Positions 1-13,437 of a DNA stretch of 64,000 bases are shown here, in pieces; position 1 is the stretch's first letter, and each line of letters opens with the position of its first letter. The notes beneath the pieces were generated by a model. The model was not told the DNA's origin, did no database searches, and saw only the letters and a program-made list of their open reading frames with translations. The DNA lies in contig OX597833.1 in NCBI GenBank assembly GCA_951406725.2, positions 63,736,001 through 63,800,000 on the forward strand, given 5' to 3'. A program made the position numbers and the translations under genes. This stretch comes from Octopus vulgaris. Lineage: Eukaryota.

Positions 1-194
1 GCGACCTAACCTTGGAGGGCGCGCATCAAAAATTTAAGTCGATATGGTCCACTGAACCTACTCAAAGATCCTGAGACTTTTCCAATCCTAGGGTTCCGAT
101 ACTACGATTCTTCTCTTTTTTACGTTTCATCAGTCTCACATTGCTGCTGCCCTCTACGATCTCCGTGCACCAAACAAACATCTTAGCTGTTAAA

Positions 195-195
<1 letters not shown>
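1..195 (+). mobile_element. Possible 3' end of an L1/Tx1-type LINE (last ORF2 codons plus 3' UTR)
   Basis: One frame reads DLTLEGAHQKFKSIWSTEPTQRS*, resembling the F..IW C-terminus of Tx1 ORF2; the UTR runs into a (TA/TG)n tract. Short and cut by the window edge. Confidence 0.25.
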
Positions 196-237
<42 letters not shown>

Positions 238-249
238 GCATATATACAC

Positions 250-481
250 TGGGCAAGTGTCTTCTATTATAACCTCAGCTTGACCAAAGGTGTGTGAGTG
301 GATTTAGTACACGGAAACTGAAAGAAGCCTGTCGTATATATATATATATATGAATACATTTTTTTATTCTTTTATTTGTTTCAGTCATTTGACTGTGGTC
401 ATGCTGGAGTACCGCCTTTTGTCGAACAAATCGATCCCAGAATCTATTCTTTGTAAGCCTAGTGCTTATTCTATCGGTTTA

Positions 482-534
<53 letters not shown>

Positions 535-750
535 AATATATATATATATATGTGTGGGGGGGGGTTGTCCCCTACTACCGCTTGACAGGCAGTGGTACTT
601 TGTTTCCGTGTCCGTAACTTAACGGCTCGGCTGAAAGAGACCGATGGAATAATTACCCAATAAAAGTACTGGCATCGATTCCTTCGAGTAAAAATTCTTC
701 AAGTCGGTGCCCCAGCATGGCCGCAATCTGGTAACAGAAACAAATAAAAG
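250..750 (+). mobile_element. SINE family A (5'-truncated) with an inverted family-A 3' fragment (~360-480) nested in its internal microsatellite
   Basis: tgggcaagtgtcttcta...ggaaactgaaagaagcc, then (TA)n, then gtccc...cagcatggccgca match the full copy at 14360-14846; 360-480 is the reverse complement of the family 3' end. Confidence 0.75.
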
Positions 751-1079
751 ACTACACATGCAACAAGTGAATAATACCTTATGCACTTTATTGTGCCTTG
801 TGTTATACGCCTGACGACCCCAAAATAGCAGTGGACCATGTCTCTCATCCAATGGTGCGTATATTTTCGAAGCTGCATGTTTTGGGTTATTAAAATTTGT
901 TTTTCGCCAAGGCAGCCATATTGGATTCATGGCTGTAATTAGTTTACTGATTGGATTTTCAGCAAACACTCTACGAAACGTTGCATTGATTTTTCTCCAG
1001 CTCCCACTGTAGTTTTCTATCAATTATGGAAATGTCGTGCCATAGTAATACATTGTTCCTCTCCCTGCTCTTTCTCCTT

Positions 1080-1213
1080 CTCTCTTTCTGTCTGTCTGTC
1101 TCTCTCTCTATATCTATCTATCTATCAATCTATGTGTCCATCTATCTATCTAAATATATATACGTTCATATATATATATATATGCACACGCACACACATA
1201 TATACATGCATAC

Positions 1214-1291
<78 letters not shown>

Positions 1292-1411
1292 ATGTATATA
1301 TGTATATTTATTCATACATCTATATATATGCATATATATGAATATATATGAATATATATAAGTATGCATGTATGTGTGTATATTTATGTATATATGTATA
1401 TATATTCATGC

Positions 1412-1461
<50 letters not shown>

Positions 1462-1475
1462 GTATACATATATAT

Positions 1476-1515
<40 letters not shown>
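1080..1515. repeat. Compound microsatellite (CT/TCTA/TA/TG)
   Basis: Direct reading; source of the YIYI/CVCV pseudo-ORFs. Confidence 0.95.
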
Positions 1516-1516
<1 letters not shown>

Positions 1517-1699
1517 GATAAATATATAAATACAGTGTACATTTAAACACATAAGAGATGGCCATAACAGGACATTTGATCCGCTAGAAGGAGTAGTTAA
1601 ACTCCAAACCACTATTAGTGGTAATTTCGAAAGGGAATGAAAAATAAAAACATTTACCATCTATTTCCTGTACCATGGTTTCAAGCTATCTTCAGCAAA

Positions 1700-2310
1700 T
1701 AAAATAATTTACTAGGCGAAGCTTTCGTCAGCAGGAAAGCCAAGATTAACATATAAAAACGACGCGATACAGAAGGTGCCTCGTGTTTATATGTTATAAT
1801 TTTTCAAAATCCACCTCGCGGTGACAATGTAGGAAGATAGTGTACGTATGAAAATAAGGCTAAAACGGGTCGATGAAAGCACAAACCCTTGTACAACTCC
1901 ATTTAGAAAATTTCAAATTTATTTTTATCAATTGTCTTTCCTGTGTATTACAAACTGTATTTTCCAGCATACAATATATGGTGTAAACACTGTAGTGTAA
2001 GCATTCAAGCATCGTTAAAATTGCTCAAATTCCTGCTGCATTTCACAGAATTTCTGGGTCTTCAAAATCGTCTTGGTATAATAAGTTAACATATCCTCTT
2101 TTACTGTCAGTTTTTGTCTCAAAAATTCAACTTGTTTGTCAGAAAATATGGTAGGTTTTGGTGACCAGATAGGAAAATTATTTGGTAAACAAAGTTTTGT
2201 ATGTATTTTAAAGATAGTTTTGAATGGTCTTTTTGCATAAGTGAAAAAACTGAGAATGGAGTCGAAAGCTTTGCTTATATCAATATCAATTAGAATGATA
2301 GTTTTCTCTC
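1700..2310 (-). pseudogene. Highly decayed non-LTR reverse transcriptase fragment (RTE/CR1-like)
   Basis: Minus-strand peptides IDISKAFDSI (~2255-2285), NGVVQGFVLSSTRF (~1862-1903) and NLGFPADE (~1725-1748) occur in the order of the RT motifs KAFD, GVPQGxxLSPxLF and FADD; stops and indels lie between them. Confidence 0.5.
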
Positions 2311-2624
2311 TATCGCTTTATATCCTTCTCTCTCTCGTTCACACTCTCACAGCCCTAGTAATGTAATGTTGTTGCTAATAGCCTTAGTCTCTTCACTGAA
2401 ACACGAGCGGTAAAACGTGAGGACATTAGCATAAGAATTCTGAACCGAGAAGAAATAAAATCGAAACAAAATGGCGACTGAAACGATAGATTTAACGTCT
2501 TTGTATTTGTGTATTTGTATAACGTTTATTTGTCTGTACGTGTGATTTAGTATCTCTCTATGTGATGAGTAAGAAATTTTTATTCGTAAATCGGTGTGTT
2601 TCAATATTTGAATGTGTCTCAGCT

Positions 2625-2830
2625 GCAAGTTGGTAGAATCGTTATAAAGCCGGATAAAATATTTACGCCCGTTTCTTTCGGAATTTTACGCTCTGAGTTC
2701 ACATGCGGCCGAAGTCGATTTTGCTCTCCTTGCTTTCGGGTTGGATAAAGTACCAGCTGGACACTGGGTTCAATGTAATCGTCTTTCCAATCCCTTCAAA
2801 ATTGTTCACCTCGTGTCATAATAAGAAAGA
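2625..2830 (+). mobile_element. SINE family B, old diverged copy
   Basis: Degenerate match to ctgagttcaaat..gtcgactttgcctttcatcctttcggggtcgat..gtaccag. Confidence 0.65.
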
Positions 2831-2917
2831 GTAACCTTACATGTTTATTTCTATATCCCTGTATTCGTGTGTGTCTGTGTGTCGCTGTCACAGCTACGAA
2901 CCTGGTATGACAGATTA

Positions 2918-3100
2918 AGGCGGCAATCTGGCAGAAACGTTAGCACACCGGGCGAAATGCTTAGCGGCATTTCGTCTGTCTATACGTTTTGAGTTCGAAT
3001 TCCACCGAGGTCAACTTTGCCTTTCATCCTTTAGGGATCGGTAAATTAAGTACCAGTTGCGTACTGGTGTCAATCTAATCGACTGCCTCCCTCCCACCAA
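2918..3100 (+). mobile_element. SINE family B
   Basis: ggcggc..tggcagaaacgttagc head, gagttcgaattcc B-box, and gcctttcatcc..aagtaccag body. Confidence 0.85.
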
Positions 3101-3267
3101 AATGCCAGTTTCATTTGTTTTGTTGTAATTTGAGGAAAAAACAAAAACAAAAACAGAATATGTTACCAAAATATTGCCAGAACTTTAGTCTCAACACAAA
3201 ATAATATTGTCACCATATTAATTATTCAGGAACTTGTCATCGCAGTCCCGATTATGACAGGCATTAA

Positions 3268-3947
3268 AACCACCACCACCACCACCACCACCACCACAAC
3301 CACCACAAACACCATCACCCCCACCACCACCACCACCACCACAACCATCATCACCACCACCACCACCACCGCTACTATCACCATCACCACCATCATCACC
3401 ACCGCCACCACCACCACCGCCACCTCCCACACCATCACTACCACCACCACTACCACTACCACCGCAGCCACCAGCACCACCACAACAAGCACCACCGCCA
3501 CTACCACCACCAGCACCAGAATCATCACCACTACACCACCGCCGCCGTCACCACCACCACCGGCGCCGCCGCCACCACCACCACCGGCGCCGCCGCCGCC
3601 ACCACCACCACCACCACCACCACAACCACAACCACAAGAACACCACCACCACAACCACTACAACCGCAACATTTATGCTACCTTTCCCTAAAATGAAAAC
3701 TATCACCATCACCATCGTCAATAGCATATCAGTAGCTCCACTAAAACCGCGCCACCGCAACCACCACCACCGCCACCAACACCACCACCACCACCAACAA
3801 CAACAACTCTACCACCACCACCGCCACCTATACCACCACCACCACAACCACCACCACCACCACCAACAGCAGCAGCAGCAGCACCGTCACCACCACCACC
3901 AACATCAACACCACAACACCACCACCACCACCACCATCAACAACACC

Positions 3948-3979
<32 letters not shown>

Positions 3980-4110
3980 CACCACCACCACCAACAGCAG
4001 CAGCAGCACCGTCACCAACACCACAATCACCACCACCACCACCAACATCAACACCACCACCACCACCACCATCAACACCACCACCACCACCACCACCACC
4101 ACTACCATCC
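3268..4110. repeat. Degenerate (CCA/ACC/CAA/CAG)n trinucleotide array
   Basis: Direct reading; yields poly-T/P/H/G/V pseudo-ORFs. Confidence 0.95.
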
Positions 4111-4297
4111 CTGTAGTTAAGTTAATTGATACATCAATTGTTTGTGTTGTCGTCATCATTATCCGTAAATCTATTTAATTCTAATTAAGCAACCCGTACT
4201 TAAAATATCCCTTTACCCAAAAGTTAGTCATGTTTTGGGGAAATTGCTATGAACTACTTCGAATATATTCGACATGACATCATTATTACTGTTACTA

Positions 4298-4369
<72 letters not shown>

Positions 4370-4370
<1 letters not shown>

Positions 4371-4450
4371 GGGTTTTTCTTCTTCTTTCAAATTTGCTTC
4401 CGTATCTTGCCGAGTGTCTTCCCAACTCCTAGGGCAAAGAAACTCATTGC
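4370..4450 (-). mobile_element. Probable 3' UTR stub of an R4/Dong-like LINE within (AAT)n
   Basis: The minus strand tgagtttctttgccctaggagttgggaagacactcggcaag...aaatttgaaag ends directly in (AAT)n, the same context as 10154-10392. The family assignment is by resemblance only. Confidence 0.35.
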
Positions 4451-4569
4451 ATACAATGGTAGGCCATTTTTTTTTTGATAGAAATAAAGTTAAATTAAAA
4501 TATATGGGTACTGTCTTGATTCTGTGTTCTCCATATACTGTAAGAGTTTGCGGTGTGTCTCACTTGGCC

Positions 4570-4668
<99 letters not shown>

Positions 4669-4939
4669 GAGTGAGAGAGCAGTGCATGCCATCAAAGTGA
4701 TATTGGGGCAAAATATACGAAGCCCATTATACCCATCACGACTACCCGTCTGATTAGGGTACACCAGGCACATGCATCAAAACCATGTGTGCGTGACATG
4801 GTGATCTCATATCAAGATAAACAGCACATGACCTTGCAAGTGGGGTCCAGTTAGAATTTTCTTCTGATCGAGTAACCCATCCCGTTCAAAAGGTTCCTGA
4901 ATAAGGTTTGTTTAAGGAAGTTGAACGAAACACCCATGT
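4669..4939 (-). mobile_element. Family D element (3' part), abutting (AAT)n, truncated by the Tx1 fragment
   Basis: Aligns to 15228-15639 and 29116-29555. Confidence 0.85.
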
Positions 4940-5951
4940 GGGTCAAACAGAGACCGAGGCTGGGCGAATAGCACCGCGTGTGCCGCCATGCTCTCGAGCA
5001 ACTCTGCCGTCCGTGATCAAACTTGTCCGACTTCAATTCTACGAAGGCGTTCCGTTGAGAATTAGTGGAGGGGAGGTGCGAAAACCTTCTTGGAGAGACC
5101 CTGGGCGTCGACGATTAATACCTGGCCCGCTTCTTCAGGACCATTTTCGGGCCGGGACCTATGGACAATTTCCAGATATCCCTGGCCTGGCAGTGCTATC
5201 GGTAAGCATTGCCCGTTCGGGATAAGCTCCACAGGTACGGTTCAAGAAACACCGGGCAGATTTGCCCGGATACGGTCAGAGCGACGAAACAGTTTTGCAT
5301 GCTCTCGTGCAATGTCCAAGCATTTCAGATCTGTGGGCTTATGTGGAACGGCTGCTGTCACGTGTGAGACGAATTCGGTTGTCGGACGAATCTATCGTGA
5401 ATATTGCCTCGCAACCTTCTTCTAACCGAAAGGCAAGGCAGTTTTCATTGTATAGGTGGCTACGGTGAAAGAATGTGTGTTTTGGACTCATGCGAAAGGT
5501 TTAGAGACAAACACTTACCTCTCTGGCCAACCTCTCATCAACTTCTTCAAGGTGAGAATAAAAAGGGAAGTTTTGTTTAATGAAACGTTCAACAAAAGGT
5601 GGGTGAATGTGGCAAGGATGGTACGTACGCATGAATGGCGCAACCACCTTGAGCATGATCCTATAAAACAGAGCGGAAAAGAGCGCTTTGCTTTCATGTT
5701 AATGTTTTTCTTTTTCGTTTCCGAGATTACCGTGGTTGTTTTTCGTAGGTTTTTCTTTCCACGGATAAACCTAGTTAATGATACATTTCCTCCCCGTTTT
5801 GGGAACTCTAATTGTTAACAACGATTTTTGTGTTATTTTCCTGTTTATATGTTCAAATAGAAAAAAACAGTAAAGGTTTTTGGTTTCATTTTGATCGATT
5901 TCGAAAAAAAATATTTCTACATTGTATTGTTCCCTCATGCGCGGCTAATAA

Positions 5952-5952
<1 letters not shown>
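4940..5952 (+). mobile_element. 5'-truncated L1/Tx1-clade LINE (zf-RVT domain, C-terminus, 3' UTR)
   Basis: Frameshifted peptides ISLAWQCYR*ALPVRDKL..ICP..GQSDETVLHALVQCPSISDLWAYV (zf-RVT C..C..ET..H...C...W) and FNETFNKRWVNV; ends AATAAA (5947-5952) directly before (TCTA)n. Confidence 0.85.
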
Positions 5953-6220
<268 letters not shown>

Positions 6221-6646
6221 CAATGCCGTTATTTGGCATCAGTTTAGGTGTAATGTGGTCAGTAAAACCGCGACAAATTGGCTCCTGTAATAAAGATACC
6301 ATTAGAGCGTATGGTCGATACTAACCAAATTCCATATGCCACATGCCACGAATTCTTCACTAGACATAGACCGATGATCATCATCTTTTATCTTTTACTT
6401 GTTTCAATCATTGGACTGCGGCCATACTGCAGCAGCGTTTTGAAGATTTTAAACGAAGAAATCGACTTCACTGGTACGTCGGTTGAATACTACATAATAT
6501 GGATATAACACAAATTACAAACAATGAATTAAGTAGAGAGGTACAAATGACAATCAAATAATATATTTATATTATAATATAAGATAATATACTATGGCTA
6601 ACTTATAATATAATACACCATAAGCAATTATTTAAAAGACTAAAAA

Positions 6647-6729
6647 GCCAACAATTTGTTTCGACTTATATACATCTTTTTTTGATATATAAATAACACA
6701 GCTCCCTTATATATAAGCCCCATCAGGGC
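6647..6729 (-). ncRNA. Type I hammerhead ribozyme motif (decayed), probable PLE pseudo-LTR
   Basis: Minus strand: GCC-CUGAUGG-GGCUUAUAUA[loop]UAUAUAAGUC-GAAA-CAA.A.UUG-UU/GGC. Stems I, II (10 bp) and III all pair; A9 is changed to G and the triplet is GUU. Confidence 0.6.
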
Positions 6730-6829
6730 AATTGGTGTGTAGATAGACGAAATTCCGTCAGAAAGAATTACTGGATTGTAAAAAGAAAAATCGTTGGCAT
6801 TTTTGGTTTTTTTAAATAATTGTTTATAT

Positions 6830-7190
6830 TATATTACGAGGAAAACGCACCCCGTCCAATGGTCGGTGCTGAGTTGTCGAATATTTAAATCAAATTTTTT
6901 CGAAACAACTTGTGCGACCGTCCCATAGGCCTCCCCTTTGAGAAACACTGATTTAACCTAAATTTGGGACACCAGCAAAAGAAGAAAAAAAGATAGACTT
7001 TTTTTCTATTCCAAAGAAAAACGGCTTTATCGATCGCATTCTCACCTGGGATCGATTTTTGTAATTTTTTCAAGACTTATACACGCCCTGATACCGACGG
7101 TATCAAATTTTGAGCGCAATCGGATGGAGGATGCACGAGATCCTAGAAGACACACAGACAGACAGAACAGATATTATATAATATATATTA
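6830..7190 (-). mobile_element. Helitron-like non-autonomous fragment (5' region with (CTGT)n)
   Basis: Minus strand atataatatctgttctgtctgtctgtgtg..ccgattgcgctcaaaatttg resembles the layout of the Helitron at 16564; no clear 3' CTAG. Confidence 0.35.
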
Positions 7191-7871
7191 TATGCATAGT
7201 ATACTTTTATATTAGAATATAAATAAATTATTGCATTGTCATATGTATCTCGATATAATCTATTGTTTATAAATATATGTGTGTGTATATTAATAAATAA
7301 ATAAATAAATAAATATAGCTGCATTAATATATAAAGTGTTTTAATGTTACTTCGAAGTTAAAGCAGTACAAGTCATAAAATGTAATACAACTCAATGGTT
7401 TGTATTTTAATTTTGTATTTCTATATTTTGGACCTAGCACATCTTCTTCAAGAAATCTTCGTAGAAAATCTGTTGAGTGTTGGACTGTTTTGTTCTGTAA
7501 TGTCTGCATATGAAGAAAAGGTTGCTTTGTGCGTGTTTATATATTATATCAAGATGAAGGCACACACATACACACACACAAACACAACAAAGAGTTGTAT
7601 AATATAAAGATAAATAATAGTAAAGATCGCCATGATTAGGAGCGTTGCATGATTCATGTAGTAACGGATTTCACTTTAAAACGTTGTATATAGTTTATAC
7701 ATTATATTGAGATCTTATGCAATTTATAAACACACGCACGCATACACTCACACACAGAGTCAAATACGTACACACGCACGCCTACACACCTACACATGCA
7801 CACATATATATATGTATATATGTGTATATATGTATGTATATATATATAGCGGCGTACGTACACTTTGTTCT

Positions 7872-7937
<66 letters not shown>

Positions 7938-8352
7938 TATATGTATGCACGGGGTGTATTTTTCCTGCCTGCAGTGTTTACAGTGACATGACAGATGAGC
8001 CGATATGTACTTGATACCATATAAACATATCCACAATAATTGTATTCATTCGATTCAAGACATACACGGAAAGAGAACGATATTATGAATTAGACATAGT
8101 TTCAAGTACAACATCCGCCAACTTAGCTTATTACCATTTCGGCACGTAGCCGATTACGATTCCAACTGCGCAAGCGCAAAACGCACTCACATAGACACAT
8201 AGACACATAGACGCACATATACATACATACGTACGTACATACATACATACATACATACATACATACATACATACATACATACATACAAATAGCAACGTAT
8301 ACACGTAGGCATTAGCACACACAGAAATGTATGTGTGTACATACTATTATGC

Positions 8353-8390
<38 letters not shown>

Positions 8391-8521
8391 ATACTTATAT
8401 ATATCATATATATATATATTTGTATACTTATATATGTCATATATATATATATTTGTATACTTATATATATATATATATATAAATGCATATGTTTGCGTGA
8501 GTATATGTAAGTATATGTAAG

Positions 8522-8568
<47 letters not shown>

Positions 8569-8593
8569 GCATATGTTTGTGTATATATGTAAG

Positions 8594-8636
<43 letters not shown>

Positions 8637-8821
8637 GCATATATATGTATATATGATATATAGATATATATAGATATGTTTGTGTATATATATATACATA
8701 CACATATTCACATGTTCTTACACTAACAAGCAGAGCCACATGTGGTGCACGTGACTATGCGTATGGTTTTGGGTGTGTCTGCTGAGCACATGTATGTTTT
8801 GTGTTAAAGAAAATATGAAAT

Positions 8822-9155
8822 CGCAGCTGTGTGGTAAGAAGCTTTGTTACCAACCACATGGTTTTGGTTTCAGTCCCACTGCATAGCACCTTGGGCAATT
8901 GCCTTCTACTATAGCCTAGAAACCGACCAAACCCTTGTGAGGGAATTTTGTAGAAGGGAAACTGAAATGAAGCTCGTTTGTGTACTTGTGAATGTTTGAC
9001 AACAGGTGTTTGTGTGTTTACGTCCCCGTAACTTAGCGGTTCGGCGTAAAAGAATAAGTATACTAGCCTTTATAAAATAAATACCTGGGTTTATCTGTTT
9101 GACTAAAACCCTTCAAGGAGTTGCTGCAGCATGATCGCAGTCAAATGACTGAAAT
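8822..9155 (+). mobile_element. SINE family A, diverged
   Basis: gctgtgtggtaag head, ggtttcagtccc B-box region, cagtcaaatgactgaaa tail. Confidence 0.8.
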
Positions 9156-9894
9156 AATTTTTTTAAAAAAGGAAGTAGAATCGTAGCTGTACAGTCATGA
9201 AAAGAAAGACGACCAAGTGCTTCACATGTGTATCACGTGCGTATCTCACGTGAAATATAGGACAAAGATTTATCATTAACTAATGGGTTTTTTTCCCGAA
9301 ATTGTTTCATATTATTTGAGTATTCTATGCGCGAATCTAAATATAGTTGGTTTCGCTCGGTTGTAAATTCCCACATAATTAGCTTAATTTTTGGCTGCGC
9401 GCATTGAAGTCTTTAAAAATAATCTCGTAGAGGTTTGAATATATTCATTATGGATTTCGATAATAATCTATGATAATTAGATTTATTGGCTTCATGCAAA
9501 TTCTGATCAGATTCTTTGCAGATTGAGTAAAATATTTTATCTCAATACTTCAGTCGTTGCATTTTCGCTTTGACTTTATCTACTGCTATGCCTTCAGAAT
9601 TCCATATTCTTAATTAGCTGAACAAATTTTAATCAAACGATTGGAGCAGCTCAATTTGAGGTGTAGAAAGATGCTTCGCTGAAGATATTTTTCAAGTTGT
9701 AGCTTAGGGAGCAGTTTTGTAGTTGTCGGAAGATACTAACAATATACGTTTCTCTTATATTTGTCTTACAGCTATTTTTCTTCAAATTTAGATATTAGGA
9801 CCATGCATATTTGCACAAACGAAAAAAAAAGCAGTGGTTCAGCGTATTCAAAATTCATATGGAACGTAAAAGCAACAAATATTTATAATACAAA

Positions 9895-10085
9895 ATCCTT
9901 TCTACTATAGGCATAAGGCCTGAAATTTGGAGGGGGAGAATAGTCGATTACATCAACCCCAGTGCTCAACTGGTACTTATATTATTGACCTCAAAAGGAT
10001 GAAAGACAAAGTCGACTTTGACAAAATTTGAACTCAGAATGTAAGACTGTCCAGCATGTTAATGATTCTGCTAGCCCACCACTTT
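9895..10085 (-). mobile_element. SINE family B, diverged
   Basis: ctggtactt..aaggatgaaagacaaagtcgac..tttgaactcagaa is the reverse complement of the B body. Confidence 0.8.
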
Positions 10086-10089
10086 GACC

Positions 10090-10153
<64 letters not shown>

Positions 10154-10156
<3 letters not shown>

Positions 10157-10392
10157 GGTGCATTAGGCATGGTAAAAAAATATTCAGACAAATACATAAC
10201 AAAAACACCAGGACTTACAAACACATATAACATACAGAAAATTGCACTTACTAGGCACTGCACACATCCTACGCAGAACACTTTCCATACAATAACCATC
10301 AGAGCATCACAACAAATCACAGCACATACCCAAGGCACACAGAGCTGCGCTCGGTAGTGAAGTGAAAGCACGCTATAAAAATAAAACTACTG
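10154..10392 (+). mobile_element. 3' end of an R4/Dong-clade LINE inserted in (TAA)n
   Basis: Translates IGALGMVKK...IQKIAL(fs)LGTAHILRRTLSIQ*, the typical C-terminus after the restriction-like endonuclease of R4/Dong; flanked by (TAA)n on both sides, the known Dong target. Confidence 0.85.
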
Positions 10393-10395
10393 AAA

Positions 10396-10473
<78 letters not shown>

Positions 10474-10912
10474 CCTCAAAATGAAAGATACTCGCCTTAA
10501 CTAATTATGTACTGAAAATATACAAACAACATCATTATTGCATTTTCTCCATAACTGACCATGCTGCTGTGCTAGTGTTTCTGGCATGCTAAACAGACAC
10601 TCTGGACGCATCCAATCTTGTGCAAGAAGAACTTTTTTAAAAATCTCCAATATTTTAAACCAATAAAATATACCTGAACACATAATAATTATACACAGCT
10701 CATTAACTTACATAATCTACATTTCTAATAATTACCAAATATAAATTATTCTAAAGCTACTTTATTCTTTTTATTCATCGCATTTCACAGTAACCCTAGA
10801 CTGTGCTTACACACACATAATTCTCCGCTATAACCACACATTCATACTTCGAAGTTTTGGTTATATTTTTATACCTATTTTTATTTATTGAAATATATTC
10901 ATTTATTTATGT

Positions 10913-11297
10913 GGAAGCACTCCGTCGGTTACGACGATGAGGGTTCCGGTTGATCCGAATCAACGGAACAGCCTGCTCGTGAAATTAACGTGTAAGTGGC
11001 TGAGCACTCCACAGACACGTGCACCCTTAACGTAGTTCTCGGGGATATTCAGCGTGACACAGAGAGTGACAAGGCCGGCCCTTTTGAAATACAAGTACAA
11101 GAGAAACAGGAAGTAAGAGTGAGAGAAAGTTGTGGTGAAAGAGTACAGCAAGGATCACCACCATCCCTTGCCGGAGCCTCGTGGAACTTTAGGTGTTTTC
11201 GCTCAATAAACACTCACAACGCTCGGTCTGGGAATCGAAACCGCGATCCTATGACCGCGAGTCCGCTGCCCTAACCACTGGACCATTGCGCCTCCAC
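10913..11297 (-). mobile_element. SINE family C, full length (tRNA-derived head)
   Basis: Minus-strand head with A-box TGGTCCAGTGG and B-box GGTTTCGATTCC; near-identical to the copies at 13438, 26017 and 36626. Confidence 0.92.
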
Positions 11298-11967
11298 TCT
11301 CTTTATGTAGCAGCGTTAGATTGCTTCATTTCTTTTAAATTTGCATATTGCCGCATTTCATTTAAATCTACATATTGTAATCAGGAAAAAATAATGACCG
11401 CGAGTCCGCTGCCCTAACCGCTGGGCCGTTGCGCCTCTGCATTTATTTATGTATATATGCGTTTGCAGTATCTAGCACACGTATCCGTTAACTTCCATTT
11501 TTTTTTTCTTAACCATTTTGATTTCTTTTTCTAACTTATTTTTCATACTTAATTCATTCGGAATTTTCTCTTTCCTTTTTTATACTAATTTTCTGCTTCT
11601 GCTTGCCTATAAAATAATGATATACCATAATACCGTATCTTCATTGGAGCAGTTATTTTTTGTCTACTCGTCTTAATATACTAAATTTAAATATAATATT
11701 TATGCTAACACACGTTCCTATACCTTCAACCAATTTAACGTATCTGTGCTTTTACACCATATTGCTTAACGATAACTGTACGGTAACAACCGATCTTATT
11801 AAACCGAAATTCTTTTTCCTCGTCACACATCTCCATCTTCCATATCTAAATTTGATTTAATAATTACAACCAAAATCGCCCAGTTTCATTTAAAGCATAT
11901 CTTGATCAAATTAAGTTCGTGATTCGTATAATTGGCAGGCACCATTTGAGCGTAAGATAGTACGTCT

Positions 11968-12680
11968 GGCGGCGAGCTGGGCAGAAACGTTAGTACGGCG
12001 GGCGAAATGCTTAGCCGTATTTCGTCTGCCGTTACGTTCTGAGGTCGAATTCCGCCGTGGTCTACTTTGCCTTTCACCTTTTCGGGGTCGATTAAATAAG
12101 TACCAGTTGTCGGTTGTAAAGAGATAGGTATTTCGTCTGCCGTTACGTTCTGAGTTCAAATTCCGCCGAAGTCGACTTTGCCTTTCATCCTTTCGGGGTC
12201 GATTAAATAAGTACCAGTTGCGCACTGTGGTCGATGTAATCGACTTAATCCGTTTGTCTGTCCTTGTTTGTCCTCTCTGTGTTTAGCCCCTTGTGGGTAT
12301 TAAAGAAATAGGTATTTCGTCTGCCGTTACGTTCTGAGATCAAATTCCGCCGAGGTCGACTTTGTCTTTCATCCTTTCGGGGTCGATTAAATAAGTACCA
12401 GTTACGCACTGGGGTCGATATAATCGACTTAATCCGTTTGTCTGTCCTTGTTTGTCCTCTCTGTGTTTAGCCCCTTGTGGGTAGTAAAGAAATAGGTATT
12501 TCGTCTGCCGCTACGTTCTGAGTTCAAATTCCGCCGAGGTCGACTTTGACTCTCATCCTTTCGGGGTCGATTAAATAAATACCAGTTACGCACTGGGGTC
12601 AATATAATCGACTTAATCCGTGTGTCTGTCCTTGTTTGTCCCCTCTATGTTTAACCCCTTGTGGGCAATAAAAAAATAAG
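11968..12680 (+). mobile_element. SINE family B multimer (head plus 184-bp tandem units)
   Basis: ggtatttcgtctgcc recurs at 12127, 12311 and 12495; imperfect flanking direct repeat taagaYRgtaYgtctggcggc at 11953 and 12677. Confidence 0.9.
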
Positions 12681-13214
12681 ACGGTATGTCTGGCGGCATT
12701 TGCTCCCTTTAATAACGCTCTGAGTTCAAATTCAGTCCAAGCCAGGCCAGTAAGCGTGTACTAACTAGGGCAATGGGTTCATGAAACTATTTTGGAGTTG
12801 CTGCATGACTTCTGGCATTTTGCGTTCTGACTGCGACAATGTTGGTGCGAAAGTGTATTGAACAAATTCGGGCTTCTTTCAGTTTCCGTCTACCAAATGT
12901 ATAAATATCGGTGTTTTAGAGAGGCAAGACATGTATGAAGGGGCGACTGCTTGCCTTAAGAAAAAAAAAACCTTCCCCATGTTTGCACATACACAAACGG
13001 GAGATGCAACGCCGGCCCTGACCGTCAGGGGCTCCTTCTCTCATATAAACATGTCGTTCCCTTCCAACCCATCAAAGGAATGCTTATTTATTTAATCTTT
13101 TTTTCTTTTACTTGTTTCAGTCAATTGACTGCGGCCATGCTGGAGCACCGACTTGTAAAAGATAAGTTGCTTCGGCTGGATATTATTATTTATAACAACA
13201 CCCTTATTTATATA

Positions 13215-13385
13215 TTTGTTTCAAATTTTGGCACAATGCCAGCAATTTAGGGGTAGGAGATAACACGATTATGCCGACCCCAGTATTCTGCAGGTACTTA
13301 TTTTATCGACCCCCGAAAGGATGAAACGCAAAGTATCTCGAAGCACTTTTCCCAGCGTGCCAACGACTCTGACAGCGCGTACCCC
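13215..13385 (-). mobile_element. SINE family B, diverged with internal deletion
   Basis: ggtacttattttatcgacccccgaaaggatgaaacgcaaag. Confidence 0.7.
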
Positions 13386-13437
13386 TGATTTATACAAGGT
13401 ACCAGAAACCGCAAAAAGAACATATACATATATATAA

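Noticed and set aside
118-135. CUGAUGAAACGUA on minus
   Set aside because: The two core halves overlap with no stem II, so it cannot fold as a hammerhead.
1667-1699. HHR-like CUGAAGA-UAGCUU-GAAA-CCAUGG-UA on minus
   Set aside because: The core and palindromic stem III match, but stem II is only 6 nt, stem I depends on G.U pairs, and it directly continues a decayed RT frame; left uncalled.
10520-10680. Minus-strand ORF MCSGIFYWFK.. as a possible exon
   Set aside because: No homology I recognise beyond a faint likeness to RTE C-terminal RMP..R..KQ..YGE; likely an old LINE remnant (similar case near 14150-14300).
11968-12680. Regularly spaced repeats suggestive of a CRISPR array
   Set aside because: Whole 184-bp units repeat with no unique spacers; eukaryotic SINE multimer and no cas genes.
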